Source: Reclinomonas americana ATCC 50394 (lineage: Eukaryota). From it: DNA of 64,000 nt. Of the stretch, positions 1-8,849 are shown in pieces. The notes beneath the pieces are model-generated. The model was not told the DNA's origin. It did not search any database and saw only the letters and a list, made by a program, of their open reading frames with translations. Location of the stretch: contig PS015009.1 in NCBI GenBank assembly GCA_048213135.1, forward strand, positions 1,798,001 to 1,862,000, read 5' to 3'. The translations under genes and the position numbers were made by a program. The stretch's first letter is position 1; every line of letters starts with the position of its first letter.

Positions 1-1
1 C

Positions 2-640
2 CTGCTGGTGAACAGCGAACAGGAATACTTTGATATCCGCGACCGGTACGGGGCGGTGCCATCATATGCTGTTGTTCCCAATGGTATTAACGGTGAAGCA
101 TACACGCAGATGCTGAAAACCGAAAAAGAAAACGATCTGGTGCTTTGCGCCGCCAGGATAGAAGGGATTAAGAACCAGTATAACCTTATCAAGGCACTGA
201 ACAATACCCGTTTCAGGCTTGTGCTTGCCGGGGCGCCGGCACCCGGTCAACAGCGGTACTACGAACAATGCAGGAAAGCAGCGGGAGGAAATGTATTGTT
301 TACGGGACATCTTTCCACACCGGAACTGATGGCCTATTATGCCCAATCGAAAGTACATGTATTACCGGGCTGGTTTGAGTTATGCGGCCTGTCATCACTG
401 GAAGCGGCAGCGATGGGATGCAATGTTGTGGTAAGTCCGAACGGTTATGCGAGGGATTATTTTAAGGAAGATGCTTTTTACTGCGACCCCGCCGATCCGC
501 CATCGATCAGGCATTGCGTGGAACAGGCGGCTGCGCAACCTGTAAATGCATCACTGGCAGAAAGAATAAAAAACAACTACACCTGGCGGCAATCAGCAGA
601 GAAAATAGCGGCAGTCTATAAAAACATATTACCTGTTTAA
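2..640 (+). CDS. Glycosyltransferase family 4, 5'-truncated by the window edge
   Basis: Frame is open from position 2; GT-B motifs ARIEGIKNQ and ELCGLSSLEAAAMGC. Confidence 0.85.
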   Translation: MLVNSEQEYFDIRDRYGAVPSYAVVPNGINGEAYTQMLKTEKENDLVLCAARIEGIKNQYNLIKALNNTRFRLVLAGAPAPGQQRYYEQCRKAAGGNVLFTGHLSTPELMAYYAQSKVHVLPGWFELCGLSSLEAAAMGCNVVVSPNGYARDYFKEDAFYCDPADPPSIRHCVEQAAAQPVNASLAERIKNNYTWRQSAEKIAAVYKNILPV

Positions 641-1736
641 ATCATTACACATAGCGATACTGGGCTGCCGGGGTATACCCAACCATTACGGCGGCTTCGA
701 ACAACTGGCTGAGCACCTGTCTAAAGGGTTGGTTGAGCATGGTCATACCGTTTCGGTTTATAATACACACGACCATCCTTACCAGGATAAGGTGTGGGAA
801 AATGTTGAGATCATCCATTGCAACAACCCGGAAAAAAAACTCGGAACAGCGGGTCAGTTTCTTTATGACCGGAACTGTATCCTTGACGCCCGTGGAAGAA
901 ACTTTGACGTGGTACTGTTCCTGGGTTATACCAGCAGTTCGGTATGGGGAAGATGGTTTCCCAGGTCGGTTATCATCTCTAATATGGACGGGCTGGAATG
1001 GAAGCGGAGTAAATACAGCCGGCCGGTACGCTGGTTCCTGCGCAGGGCGGAAGCCATGGCAATACGGTACAGTCATTTTTTTGTAGCAGATTCCCCCTTG
1101 ATACAGGACCGCCTGCAACAGCAATACGCGGTATCCAGCAAGTACATTGCTTATGGTGCCAGCCAGTATGAACAATATGATACAACTGTTCTGCAACAAT
1201 TCGGCCTCTCTGCCGGGGATTATGATATGCTGATGGCAAGGATGGAACCGGAGAACAATGTGGAAATGATCCTGAAGGGATTTACTGCAACAGGTGCCAG
1301 CCGCCGGTTACTCTTAGTTGGAAATATGCAGAATGCTTTCGGAAAAAAAATGATCAGCCGGTTTGGGCATGATAAGCGATTGGTTTTTGCTGGCCCCGTT
1401 TTTGACCAGGCGGTTAACCACAGCCTGCGGCATTACTGTTCACTTTATTTTCATGGGCATAGTGTGGGTGGCACTAATCCATCTTTGCTGGAAGCCATGT
1501 CTGACGGGGCATTGATTGCCGCACATGATAACGGTTTCAACAGGGCGGTGCTTGGCGACGATGCTTTTTATTTTTCAACAGCGGCAGATGTCAGCAGCAT
1601 CGTACAAACACAATCCGGTAATGAAGAAATGACGGAAAGAAATAAAGCCAGGATACAGGAGCAGTATAACTGGCCGCATATCATTGCCCAGTATGCCACT
1701 TTCATAGAACATTGTTATAACAGGAAAAAAAGATGA
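633..1736 (+). CDS. GT4 glycosyltransferase with DUF1972-type N-terminus (rhamnosyltransferase-like); start codon uncertain
   Basis: The family N-terminal motif IAILGCRGIPNHYGGFE lies upstream of the track start (729). Also NMDGLEWKRSK and GHSVGGTNPSLLEAM. Only CTG (633) or ATA (618) is available after the in-frame TAG at 606-608. Confidence 0.8.
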   Translation: MFKSLHIAILGCRGIPNHYGGFEQLAEHLSKGLVEHGHTVSVYNTHDHPYQDKVWENVEIIHCNNPEKKLGTAGQFLYDRNCILDARGRNFDVVLFLGYTSSSVWGRWFPRSVIISNMDGLEWKRSKYSRPVRWFLRRAEAMAIRYSHFFVADSPLIQDRLQQQYAVSSKYIAYGASQYEQYDTTVLQQFGLSAGDYDMLMARMEPENNVEMILKGFTATGASRRLLLVGNMQNAFGKKMISRFGHDKRLVFAGPVFDQAVNHSLRHYCSLYFHGHSVGGTNPSLLEAMSDGALIAAHDNGFNRAVLGDDAFYFSTAADVSSIVQTQSGNEEMTERNKARIQEQYNWPHIIAQYATFIEHCYNRKKR

Positions 1737-2980
1737 TGGCGATATTCGATATATGGGATTCACTTTCCAACAGGATAAGCTATTGGCTGCTGGGTGCATT
1801 CCTGGTTTTGTTACCGTATGATTTTTTTTACAGCGAACTGGCGCTGGCCTGCTTTGCTTTGCATACACTCATCCACCTGCGAAAAGAAAGAATAAAAAAT
1901 CTGTTCACCCGTAAAGTGGCGCTGCCCGTTTCCCTGTTCCTGCTGATCGTTGTTGCCATTTTCTACAGCCCCGATAAACCCGAGGCCCTGAACGTGACCA
2001 CCCGCCAGCTGGCCATCTTCCTTATGCCCGTATTGCTGTCGCTGACCAATCTCGATCTGCGTACGCATGGCAAAGGACTACTGTTGTTGTTCGCCTTCAG
2101 TTGTTCCCTGTGTGTCGTTTACCTGTTTGCCGATGCCCTTCACACGCTGGCCTTTTACAAGCTCCCCTGGTCGTACCTGTTTACACCGGCATTCATGAAC
2201 CATAATTTCTCTTCTGCTATCGGGTTGCATGCTACTTACTTGTCGGTATACGTGGCGTTCTCCATTATTATATTGCTGTATTACCTTTTATCCGGCACCT
2301 CCCGCCGGATCAGTTATGGGTATGCTATCTGCCTGTTGCTGCTCACGGCGGGCATGCTGCAACTTTCTTCCAGAGCGGCGTTCATAGGTTTACTGCTGGT
2401 GGTTAATGTATTGTTCCCGTTGTTGCTGCCCAATAAAAGAAAACGCAGCACCTTTTTCATCGCTACCGGGATAGCGTCAGTATGTTTCCTGGTACTGATC
2501 TTTAGCAGCGGTTCGTTCAAGGAAAGGTATGTTAACGAGTTGAAGTCAGACCTTGCTCTCAACCCCCGGCTCGCGGAAGCTATGGAACCCAGGGCACAGC
2601 GCTGGAAAGCAGCCTGGGAACTGGTGGAACGGGCGCCTTTAGCCGGGCATGGCACTGGCTCCGAAAAACAGCTTCTGCTGGACAAATATTTTGAGAAAAA
2701 GATGTACAACGCTTATGTGAACGAGTTCAATGCGCATAACCAATACCTGGCCATGCTGATCAATACTGGCTTCCCGGGTTTATTGCTGCTGGTGTTTATA
2801 CTGACCTGCGGTATGTGGCAGGCCTGGCGTAACAAGGACCTGCTCTTCCTTTCTTTCCTGCTGATGACAGCCATCGTATGCATATCGGAAAACTTCCTGG
2901 AATTGAATAAAGGCATCTTTTTTTACAGTTTCTTTTTCTCTTTCTTCCTGGAAAGAAATGTCCGTCAACAAATTTGTTAA
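1733..2980 (+). CDS. O-antigen ligase / Wzy_C family membrane protein
   Basis: Many hydrophobic segments; SSRAA, R..RW...W, GHGTG and NAHNQYL motifs; ATGA overlap with the upstream gene. Confidence 0.8.
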   Translation: MMAIFDIWDSLSNRISYWLLGAFLVLLPYDFFYSELALACFALHTLIHLRKERIKNLFTRKVALPVSLFLLIVVAIFYSPDKPEALNVTTRQLAIFLMPVLLSLTNLDLRTHGKGLLLLFAFSCSLCVVYLFADALHTLAFYKLPWSYLFTPAFMNHNFSSAIGLHATYLSVYVAFSIIILLYYLLSGTSRRISYGYAICLLLLTAGMLQLSSRAAFIGLLLVVNVLFPLLLPNKRKRSTFFIATGIASVCFLVLIFSSGSFKERYVNELKSDLALNPRLAEAMEPRAQRWKAAWELVERAPLAGHGTGSEKQLLLDKYFEKKMYNAYVNEFNAHNQYLAMLINTGFPGLLLLVFILTCGMWQAWRNKDLLFLSFLLMTAIVCISENFLELNKGIFFYSFFFSFFLERNVRQQIC

Positions 2981-3045
2981 TGTATTTCTGGTAAGGCAAC
3001 CCCGCAAAAACTTATTACGTTTTTGTTATAGTCAAAAGAGTAATT

Positions 3046-3828
3046 ATGCGCCCACTTTCTGTAGTAGTGATCACTTATAACGAGGAAAAGAACATCGGCA
3101 GGTGTATCGACTCTGTAAAAGGACTGGCGGATGAAGTGATTGTGGTGGATTCTTATTCAGACGATGACACGGTGCAGATTGCCACAGCAAAAGGAGCCAC
3201 AGTAAAGCAATCCGTTTTTGACGGGTACATCAATCAGAAAAATAAAGCCATCAAACTGGCCAATCATAACCTGGTGCTGTTGCTGGATGCGGATGAAGCG
3301 GTGGATATTGCCCTGGCCTGTTCCATTCAGAAAGCAAAAGAGGGCAGCGGATTGGCTTATACGATGAACCGCTGCAATTTCTTTTTCGGACGCTTTATCA
3401 GGCACGGGCTCTGGTATCCGGATCGTAAGCTGCGCCTGTTCGACAAACGGTATGGCCATTGCGGTGGTTTCAATCCGCACGACAGGATCGTCATGAATGA
3501 AGGTATCGCTGCCACACACCTGAAAGGCGACCTGGAGCATTACACGTTCGACAACATGGATGCCTATCTCGACAGGAATGATGCGGTAAGTCATATCGCG
3601 GCCCAATCGTTGTACGAAGCAGGTGTACGCCGCTCATGGGGCAGGGGGATCCTCAGCCCGGTATGGACATTCATCAATGGTTACATTTTACGGATGGGAT
3701 TCCTCGATGGTTACCGGGGCTGGCTGATCGCTGTACACACCACCCATCAATCTTACATGAAATATTACCGTCTCCGCCGGCTCAACAGGCGTAAACTTGA
3801 GCAGGTGGCCTGGGAGGTGCGTTCATGA
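3046..3828 (+). CDS. Glycosyltransferase family 2 (WaaE/KdtX-like)
   Basis: SVVVITYNEE, VVDSYSDD, LDADE, WYPDRKLRLF, GFLDG motifs. Confidence 0.9.
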   Translation: MRPLSVVVITYNEEKNIGRCIDSVKGLADEVIVVDSYSDDDTVQIATAKGATVKQSVFDGYINQKNKAIKLANHNLVLLLDADEAVDIALACSIQKAKEGSGLAYTMNRCNFFFGRFIRHGLWYPDRKLRLFDKRYGHCGGFNPHDRIVMNEGIAATHLKGDLEHYTFDNMDAYLDRNDAVSHIAAQSLYEAGVRRSWGRGILSPVWTFINGYILRMGFLDGYRGWLIAVHTTHQSYMKYYRLRRLNRRKLEQVAWEVRS

Positions 3829-4757
3829 TCATGCATACGGCATACAACATATTAAAAACACTGGGGTATTTCGACCTGTTCCACTACCCGCTGACCATAG
3901 AGGAGTTGCGTGCTTTCCTCCCGGCGAATTGCGCTGCGGCTGAATTTGACGCTGCGCTCCTGCACCTGGAAGAAAGAAAAAAAATATTTGCTGTCGGACC
4001 CTTCTATGCCCTGCACAACGATGAAGAACTGGCAAAAAGAAGAGTAAAGGGTAATCAACTGGCGGCAGTACACCTGCAAAGAGCAAAACGGGTGGCCAGG
4101 TTATTGTCGGCATTCCCTTTTGTGAAATCCGTCGCGGTTTCCGGTTCGCTCTCAAAAAATTTCGCGACAGAAAAGACCGACATTGACTTTTTTATCATTA
4201 CAAAAAAGAACAGGCTGTGGCTGGCACGTACCTGTATGCATCTGTATAAAAAACTAACCTTCATTACCGGCAGGCAGCACTGGTTCTGTATGAATTACTA
4301 TATCGATGAAGCGGCGCTCGAAATTCCTGAACAGAACCTTTTCACCGCTATGGAGATCATTACCCTGAAACCCATGGAAGGCCATCCGGTATTTTCAGGA
4401 TTTCTTTCCGCCAATAACTGGACAGGTCAATATTTTCCCTGTCATCAAAATAATGTCGATGCCCTTACTCCGGAAAGAAGAAAACCCTGGTGGAGCAGGA
4501 CAATAGAAAAGCTATTCTCCCGCGGTTACGGAGAGCGGCTGGATATATGGCTGATGCAGGTAACCGGTAACCGCTGGCGGAAGAAAACAGAACGTGGCGC
4601 GACCAGTTACAACGGCACACGCATGGGTATGATCGTTGACAGGCACTGCTCCAAACCCGATCCACGGAATTTCCAGGCCCGCGTAATGGAACGTTACGAA
4701 GCCAGGGTACAGCAACTCACCGGAACAGCTTATGTTCATCCTGTGTTGAGTTACTGA
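3825..4757 (+). CDS. Pol-beta superfamily nucleotidyltransferase-domain protein with N-terminal helical/wHTH-like region
   Basis: hG[GS]x9-13DhD motif in VAVSGSLSKNFATEKTDIDFFII; ATGA coupling to the upstream GT2. Confidence 0.7.
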   Translation: MIMHTAYNILKTLGYFDLFHYPLTIEELRAFLPANCAAAEFDAALLHLEERKKIFAVGPFYALHNDEELAKRRVKGNQLAAVHLQRAKRVARLLSAFPFVKSVAVSGSLSKNFATEKTDIDFFIITKKNRLWLARTCMHLYKKLTFITGRQHWFCMNYYIDEAALEIPEQNLFTAMEIITLKPMEGHPVFSGFLSANNWTGQYFPCHQNNVDALTPERRKPWWSRTIEKLFSRGYGERLDIWLMQVTGNRWRKKTERGATSYNGTRMGMIVDRHCSKPDPRNFQARVMERYEARVQQLTGTAYVHPVLSY

Positions 4758-5578
4758 TCTTTTTTCCTGAAACTGATGATGTAATAATCCCCCGTATGTT
4801 TCCAGGGCCAGCGACTTTTTAACTGATCTTCCTTTTTTTCCAGGAAACGATATAAGCAGGGATGTTTTTCTGCAAACCCTTCGAGATAGGAAGGTGGTAC
4901 AAGGCTGCAAAGCCCTTCTGTAGATAACCACCTGAATGAAGCGGGGATATGTTTTTTTACATAAGCGGGATTATAATACCAGCATTTGAAATGTATGCCT
5001 TCCAAATGAGCCTGCCGTCCTTTGTTGCTGAAGAACCGGCGTGTAGCTGTTCGGAATTTACCTTTAAAAAGCAGCAGCGTTTCCCATAAACAGAATTTGG
5101 GCAGCAATACCAGAGTTACCGTTCCGCCGGGTTTAAGCAACCGGTCGAAGGAATGCAATACTTTATCCAGTTCACCGGTACAATTCAGCCCGGCGAAGTT
5201 GGAAAAGATGCTGTCATACTGCTGATCGCCGGGCAGGCGGTCCAGCTCGGTATAAGAGATCTGCTGTGTGGTCACCAGTTGTTCCAGCCCCAGTGCATTT
5301 ACTTTCTGTTTCAGCTGTTCCTGCATGCCTGCAGAGATGTCTGTGGCGTGTACGCGGTGCCCGTGCCCGGCCAGCCAGGTGGCATCTTCGCCGGTACCGC
5401 TGTTCAGTTCGAGTACGGATCCATGGGCGGGCAGGTATTGCAGCAGGTGACGTCTTACCCTTTCTCTTTTATAATGAATGATGCTGTTGTTACTATACAA
5501 CTCATCAAATATGACCGATTGCCGGCTGAAAGCCATGGCCGCCTGTTGTTCGGTGATATGGTGCAGCGATTCATTCAT
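4751..5578 (-). CDS. Class I SAM-dependent methyltransferase
   Basis: Motif I VLELNSGTG; ATDIS; YDSIFSNFA; LLKPGG. Confidence 0.9.
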   Translation of the reverse strand: MNESLHHITEQQAAMAFSRQSVIFDELYSNNSIIHYKRERVRRHLLQYLPAHGSVLELNSGTGEDATWLAGHGHRVHATDISAGMQEQLKQKVNALGLEQLVTTQQISYTELDRLPGDQQYDSIFSNFAGLNCTGELDKVLHSFDRLLKPGGTVTLVLLPKFCLWETLLLFKGKFRTATRRFFSNKGRQAHLEGIHFKCWYYNPAYVKKHIPASFRWLSTEGLCSLVPPSYLEGFAEKHPCLYRFLEKKEDQLKSRWPWKHTGDYYIISFRKKDQ

Positions 5579-7038
5579 GCACTTTGCTTTTCGAGACGTA
5601 ACAGCTTTTGTCTGCTGATAAAGCTGGCGGGCAGGTAATACAAAAGTGAGGCTGCTTTTTTAAAAGTATGCCCGTTCCAGTGAAGGGTGAACAGTTTGGA
5701 TATATTATAGAGGGCGATGTGTTTGCGGTAGGTTTTGTGTACATAGCGGTGCAGTTGTTTGTAAAACGCCGGCTGGTAAGTGTTCTGAAACATCAGCGCC
5801 AGTTCATCTGAATCGGTCCAGTTGCTTTTTTGTACCAGTTCATGTTTTACTTTTTCAAAGAACGCAGTACCAGGCAATGGGTAAGAAACGGAAATACCGA
5901 TCTCGTGTGGCAACAATTCATTGATCATGCTGATGGTGCTGGCAATGTCCTGGCGGGTTTCGCCCGGGTAACCGAACTGTATAAAAAACGATGGATGTAT
6001 ACCATGCTTTTTCAGTAACCGGGCAGCTTCGTATATCTGTGTTACGGTAGTGCCTTTGTCCATGGCATCGAGTATTTTTTGTGAACCGCTTTCCGCCCCC
6101 ATCCAGATATTATCGCAACCAGCCCTGGCAAGGTCAGCTATATTGTTCTCCTGCAGCAACAGGTCAACGCGGCCCTGCATTTTAAACCGGAATTGTAATC
6201 CCTCTTGTTGTACCAGGTCAGCAAACTCCTTTATCCAACCGGGTTTCAGGCCGAAAATATCATCGCAGAACCAGATGTGATCGAAAGAGAACAGGGTCTG
6301 CAACCATTGTATTTCCTTCACCACATGTTGCGGGGTGCGGGCATTGTAGCGGTTGCCATAAATGGGTTTGGCACACCAGTTACATTTAAAAGGACAGCCT
6401 CTTGTAGTACCGATATTGACGGAAAAATAGCCGTGTTGTTTCAACCACATATCGCGGTAGGGCGTCATGTCGGCAATATCCCAGGCCGGCAGTGGCAGAC
6501 TGTCCAGGTCGCGGATCACCGGTCGGCGGGCGGTGCGCAAGGTCTGTCCGTCCTGCCGGAAAGCAATTCCTTCGGTACCGGTATAGTCTGCTTGATTGTT
6601 ACCGATATGTTCCACCAGTTCAAGCAACGTCATTTCCGCTTCTCCCAGCATCACAAAATCGGCACCTGCATCAAGATACAGTTCATACCTGTCGGTGGAG
6701 TCGGAACCCGAAACAATCACGGTACAACCCTGTGCCTTTGCCAGGGCGATCATATCAAATGCGGCTTCCCGCATATTGGTAAGGCACATTTTAGTGAGGT
6801 AATTGAAACCATCATCATAGATCACGAAAATGCCGGGGTTTGTTTTTTCAAGAAATGGCAGCAGTTCCTGTGGTCCTTCAGCAAACATGGTATCGAAGAG
6901 CGACACGGTATAACCTTTTTCCCGCATCAGTCCCATCGCGTACAAAGTGCCCAGTGGTGCATAAGGCATACCGGTGGCCCATTGCTTGGGATCGAAGCGA
7001 AGGAAGTAAGAGTGTGAAAAAAGTATACTTTGGTTCAT
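5575..7038 (-). CDS. Cobalamin-binding-domain radical SAM protein
   Basis: N-terminal B12-binding fold (PLGTLY, DFVMLGEAE), TRGCPFKCNWC, FCDDIF, GAESGS. The ATG at 7038 overlaps the upstream TGA and is preferred over the track start at 7077. Confidence 0.9.
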   Translation of the reverse strand: MNQSILFSHSYFLRFDPKQWATGMPYAPLGTLYAMGLMREKGYTVSLFDTMFAEGPQELLPFLEKTNPGIFVIYDDGFNYLTKMCLTNMREAAFDMIALAKAQGCTVIVSGSDSTDRYELYLDAGADFVMLGEAEMTLLELVEHIGNNQADYTGTEGIAFRQDGQTLRTARRPVIRDLDSLPLPAWDIADMTPYRDMWLKQHGYFSVNIGTTRGCPFKCNWCAKPIYGNRYNARTPQHVVKEIQWLQTLFSFDHIWFCDDIFGLKPGWIKEFADLVQQEGLQFRFKMQGRVDLLLQENNIADLARAGCDNIWMGAESGSQKILDAMDKGTTVTQIYEAARLLKKHGIHPSFFIQFGYPGETRQDIASTISMINELLPHEIGISVSYPLPGTAFFEKVKHELVQKSNWTDSDELALMFQNTYQPAFYKQLHRYVHKTYRKHIALYNISKLFTLHWNGHTFKKAASLLYYLPASFISRQKLLRLEKQSA

Positions 7039-8081
7039 AACCTGGTTGAAGGTGAAAGATGAAGATGGCAGACACATTTCCTGCAGGTGTCATTCGCGTC
7101 CATATCCAGTGTTCTGCGGAACTCAATGGCCTGCGGACTGTTCACAATTTCATCGAGTGGTTGTTTCCTGATGTTGCCCTGCACTTCGTGAAAAAAACAG
7201 GGGCGCACATTGCCATCGGCCTCTACCACCGCCGAAACCCATGGGGCATTGCACTTTTTATATGGAAAATCATTAAAGCCGTAGAATGCCGCGTAGTAGC
7301 GGAATATATCCATGATCTTGTCGCGGCTTTCCGCTATAAAACGCCGATCAAAATCTTCGCTGTACTTTGCATATAACTGCTGAACGATGTAATTCATCTG
7401 TTCCAGTTCCGACAGGTCGGGCAACAGTTCATGTTGTCTCTCCCGGGTCCAGGGTGTTTCGCGGTTGAAGGCGGTACTGCTGATATCGGCAGGAAGAAAA
7501 CTGATCTGGTTGAGCCCGATGGATTTGGCACTGCTGATGATGTCGCCCCATATCCTGAAATTAAGCCGGTGTATAACGGTGCGGCAGGTAATGCGGTAAC
7601 CCGGGTCAATCACTTTTATCGCTTCAATGCCTTCGCTTAGTTTGCGGAAGGCGCCAGGTATGTTGCGTATGCTGTCGTGCATGGCTTCGTCGCCATCAAG
7701 AGAAACGATCACCTCATCCACCCATTCGGTAATGGACTGTGCATGACGGGCCATGAGCAGACCGGTGGACAGCAACTGTATTTTGATGCCTTCTTTTTTC
7801 AGCATGGCACAAAGCCGGAAAAAATTGGAATGCAGTAAAGCCTCGCCTCCCGACATCAGTACCAGCTGTGTATTAAAATGGCGGAGTGTATGCAGCAAAC
7901 CACTTACATCAGCTTCGGTAAGTTGTTGCTGGTGTTGATTGGCTTTCCAGATGTCGCACATCACGCAGCGGCAGTTGCAGGCGCTGTGGGGCATCAGTAT
8001 CACAACCGGCAGGGCGCTTACCCGGTGCGTTTGTAAAGTGCGGTAACGCTTAAAGGTCTGGTATGGGGATTGAATGGCCAA
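7035..8081 (-). CDS. Radical SAM protein with twitch/SPASM-type C-terminal domain
   Basis: CNCRCVMC, SGGEALL, VSLDG; C-terminal CNAPW...GNVRPC...GNI...CRKCVC; TTG start. Confidence 0.9.
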   Translation of the reverse strand: MAIQSPYQTFKRYRTLQTHRVSALPVVILMPHSACNCRCVMCDIWKANQHQQQLTEADVSGLLHTLRHFNTQLVLMSGGEALLHSNFFRLCAMLKKEGIKIQLLSTGLLMARHAQSITEWVDEVIVSLDGDEAMHDSIRNIPGAFRKLSEGIEAIKVIDPGYRITCRTVIHRLNFRIWGDIISSAKSIGLNQISFLPADISSTAFNRETPWTRERQHELLPDLSELEQMNYIVQQLYAKYSEDFDRRFIAESRDKIMDIFRYYAAFYGFNDFPYKKCNAPWVSAVVEADGNVRPCFFHEVQGNIRKQPLDEIVNSPQAIEFRRTLDMDANDTCRKCVCHLHLSPSTRL

Positions 8082-8840
8082 TCAGCGGTAAGGGTTTTTA
8101 ATGATGATACGGTGGAACGGGTCCCTGATCAGCGCCAATTTGTTTTTGATGGAACCGGGCTCATTCAGGATGCGGTACTGGAATCCATCAAGCTGATCTG
8201 TGCTGTGGTGAAAATAATAAGCCGCCATTTCGGGCATGCCGATGGAAGTAAAGTATTCCAGGCTGCGCTGGCGGGCGGCCGCAACCTCCCTGCGGGGGTA
8301 GAAGCGGGAGTCGGTAATAATGATCTCGCCCAGCAGGGTCAGGTGTTCCAGTGCACAGGAGATGATCTTTTTCAGGCTGGGGAAATATTGTATCGTGGCG
8401 GCAAAAACGATGAAATCGAATTTTCTGTCGGCCAGCAATTCATCATCCAGCGGCACTTCCATAAACTCCAGGTTTTCCGCATGCCCGAATACGCGGGTTG
8501 CCTGGTCCAGCTCCGGGCCATTAATATCGATACCGGTTACCCGGCTGCCGGGCACAGATGCCAGTTGCATACTCAGCCAGCCATTGCCGCAGCCAACTTC
8601 GAGAATATGCGGTGTCGCGGTTTTTTGCTGTATATAACCGGTGAGTGACATGGCAGATCTTTTCCGTACCATCCACTCTTTGTGGTGCGGGTGACCGATA
8701 CTGATAAAAGGCAGCGATGCCACCTGCTCATCTGTATACAGCCGGTCTTCCTGTAACCGCAGTTGCGAGTAGTGCATCGAAAATTTTTCCGCTGCGGCTT
8801 TCATCATATTGCTGTTCTTTATAACGCTGAATGTTTGCAC
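8082..8840 (-). CDS. Class I SAM-dependent methyltransferase
   Basis: ILEVGCGNGW, GIDIN, FDFIVF; GTG start (alternative ATGs a few codons downstream). Confidence 0.88.
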   Translation of the reverse strand: MQTFSVIKNSNMMKAAAEKFSMHYSQLRLQEDRLYTDEQVASLPFISIGHPHHKEWMVRKRSAMSLTGYIQQKTATPHILEVGCGNGWLSMQLASVPGSRVTGIDINGPELDQATRVFGHAENLEFMEVPLDDELLADRKFDFIVFAATIQYFPSLKKIISCALEHLTLLGEIIITDSRFYPRREVAAARQRSLEYFTSIGMPEMAAYYFHHSTDQLDGFQYRILNEPGSIKNKLALIRDPFHRIIIKNPYR

Positions 8841-8849
8841 GGTACTGTA

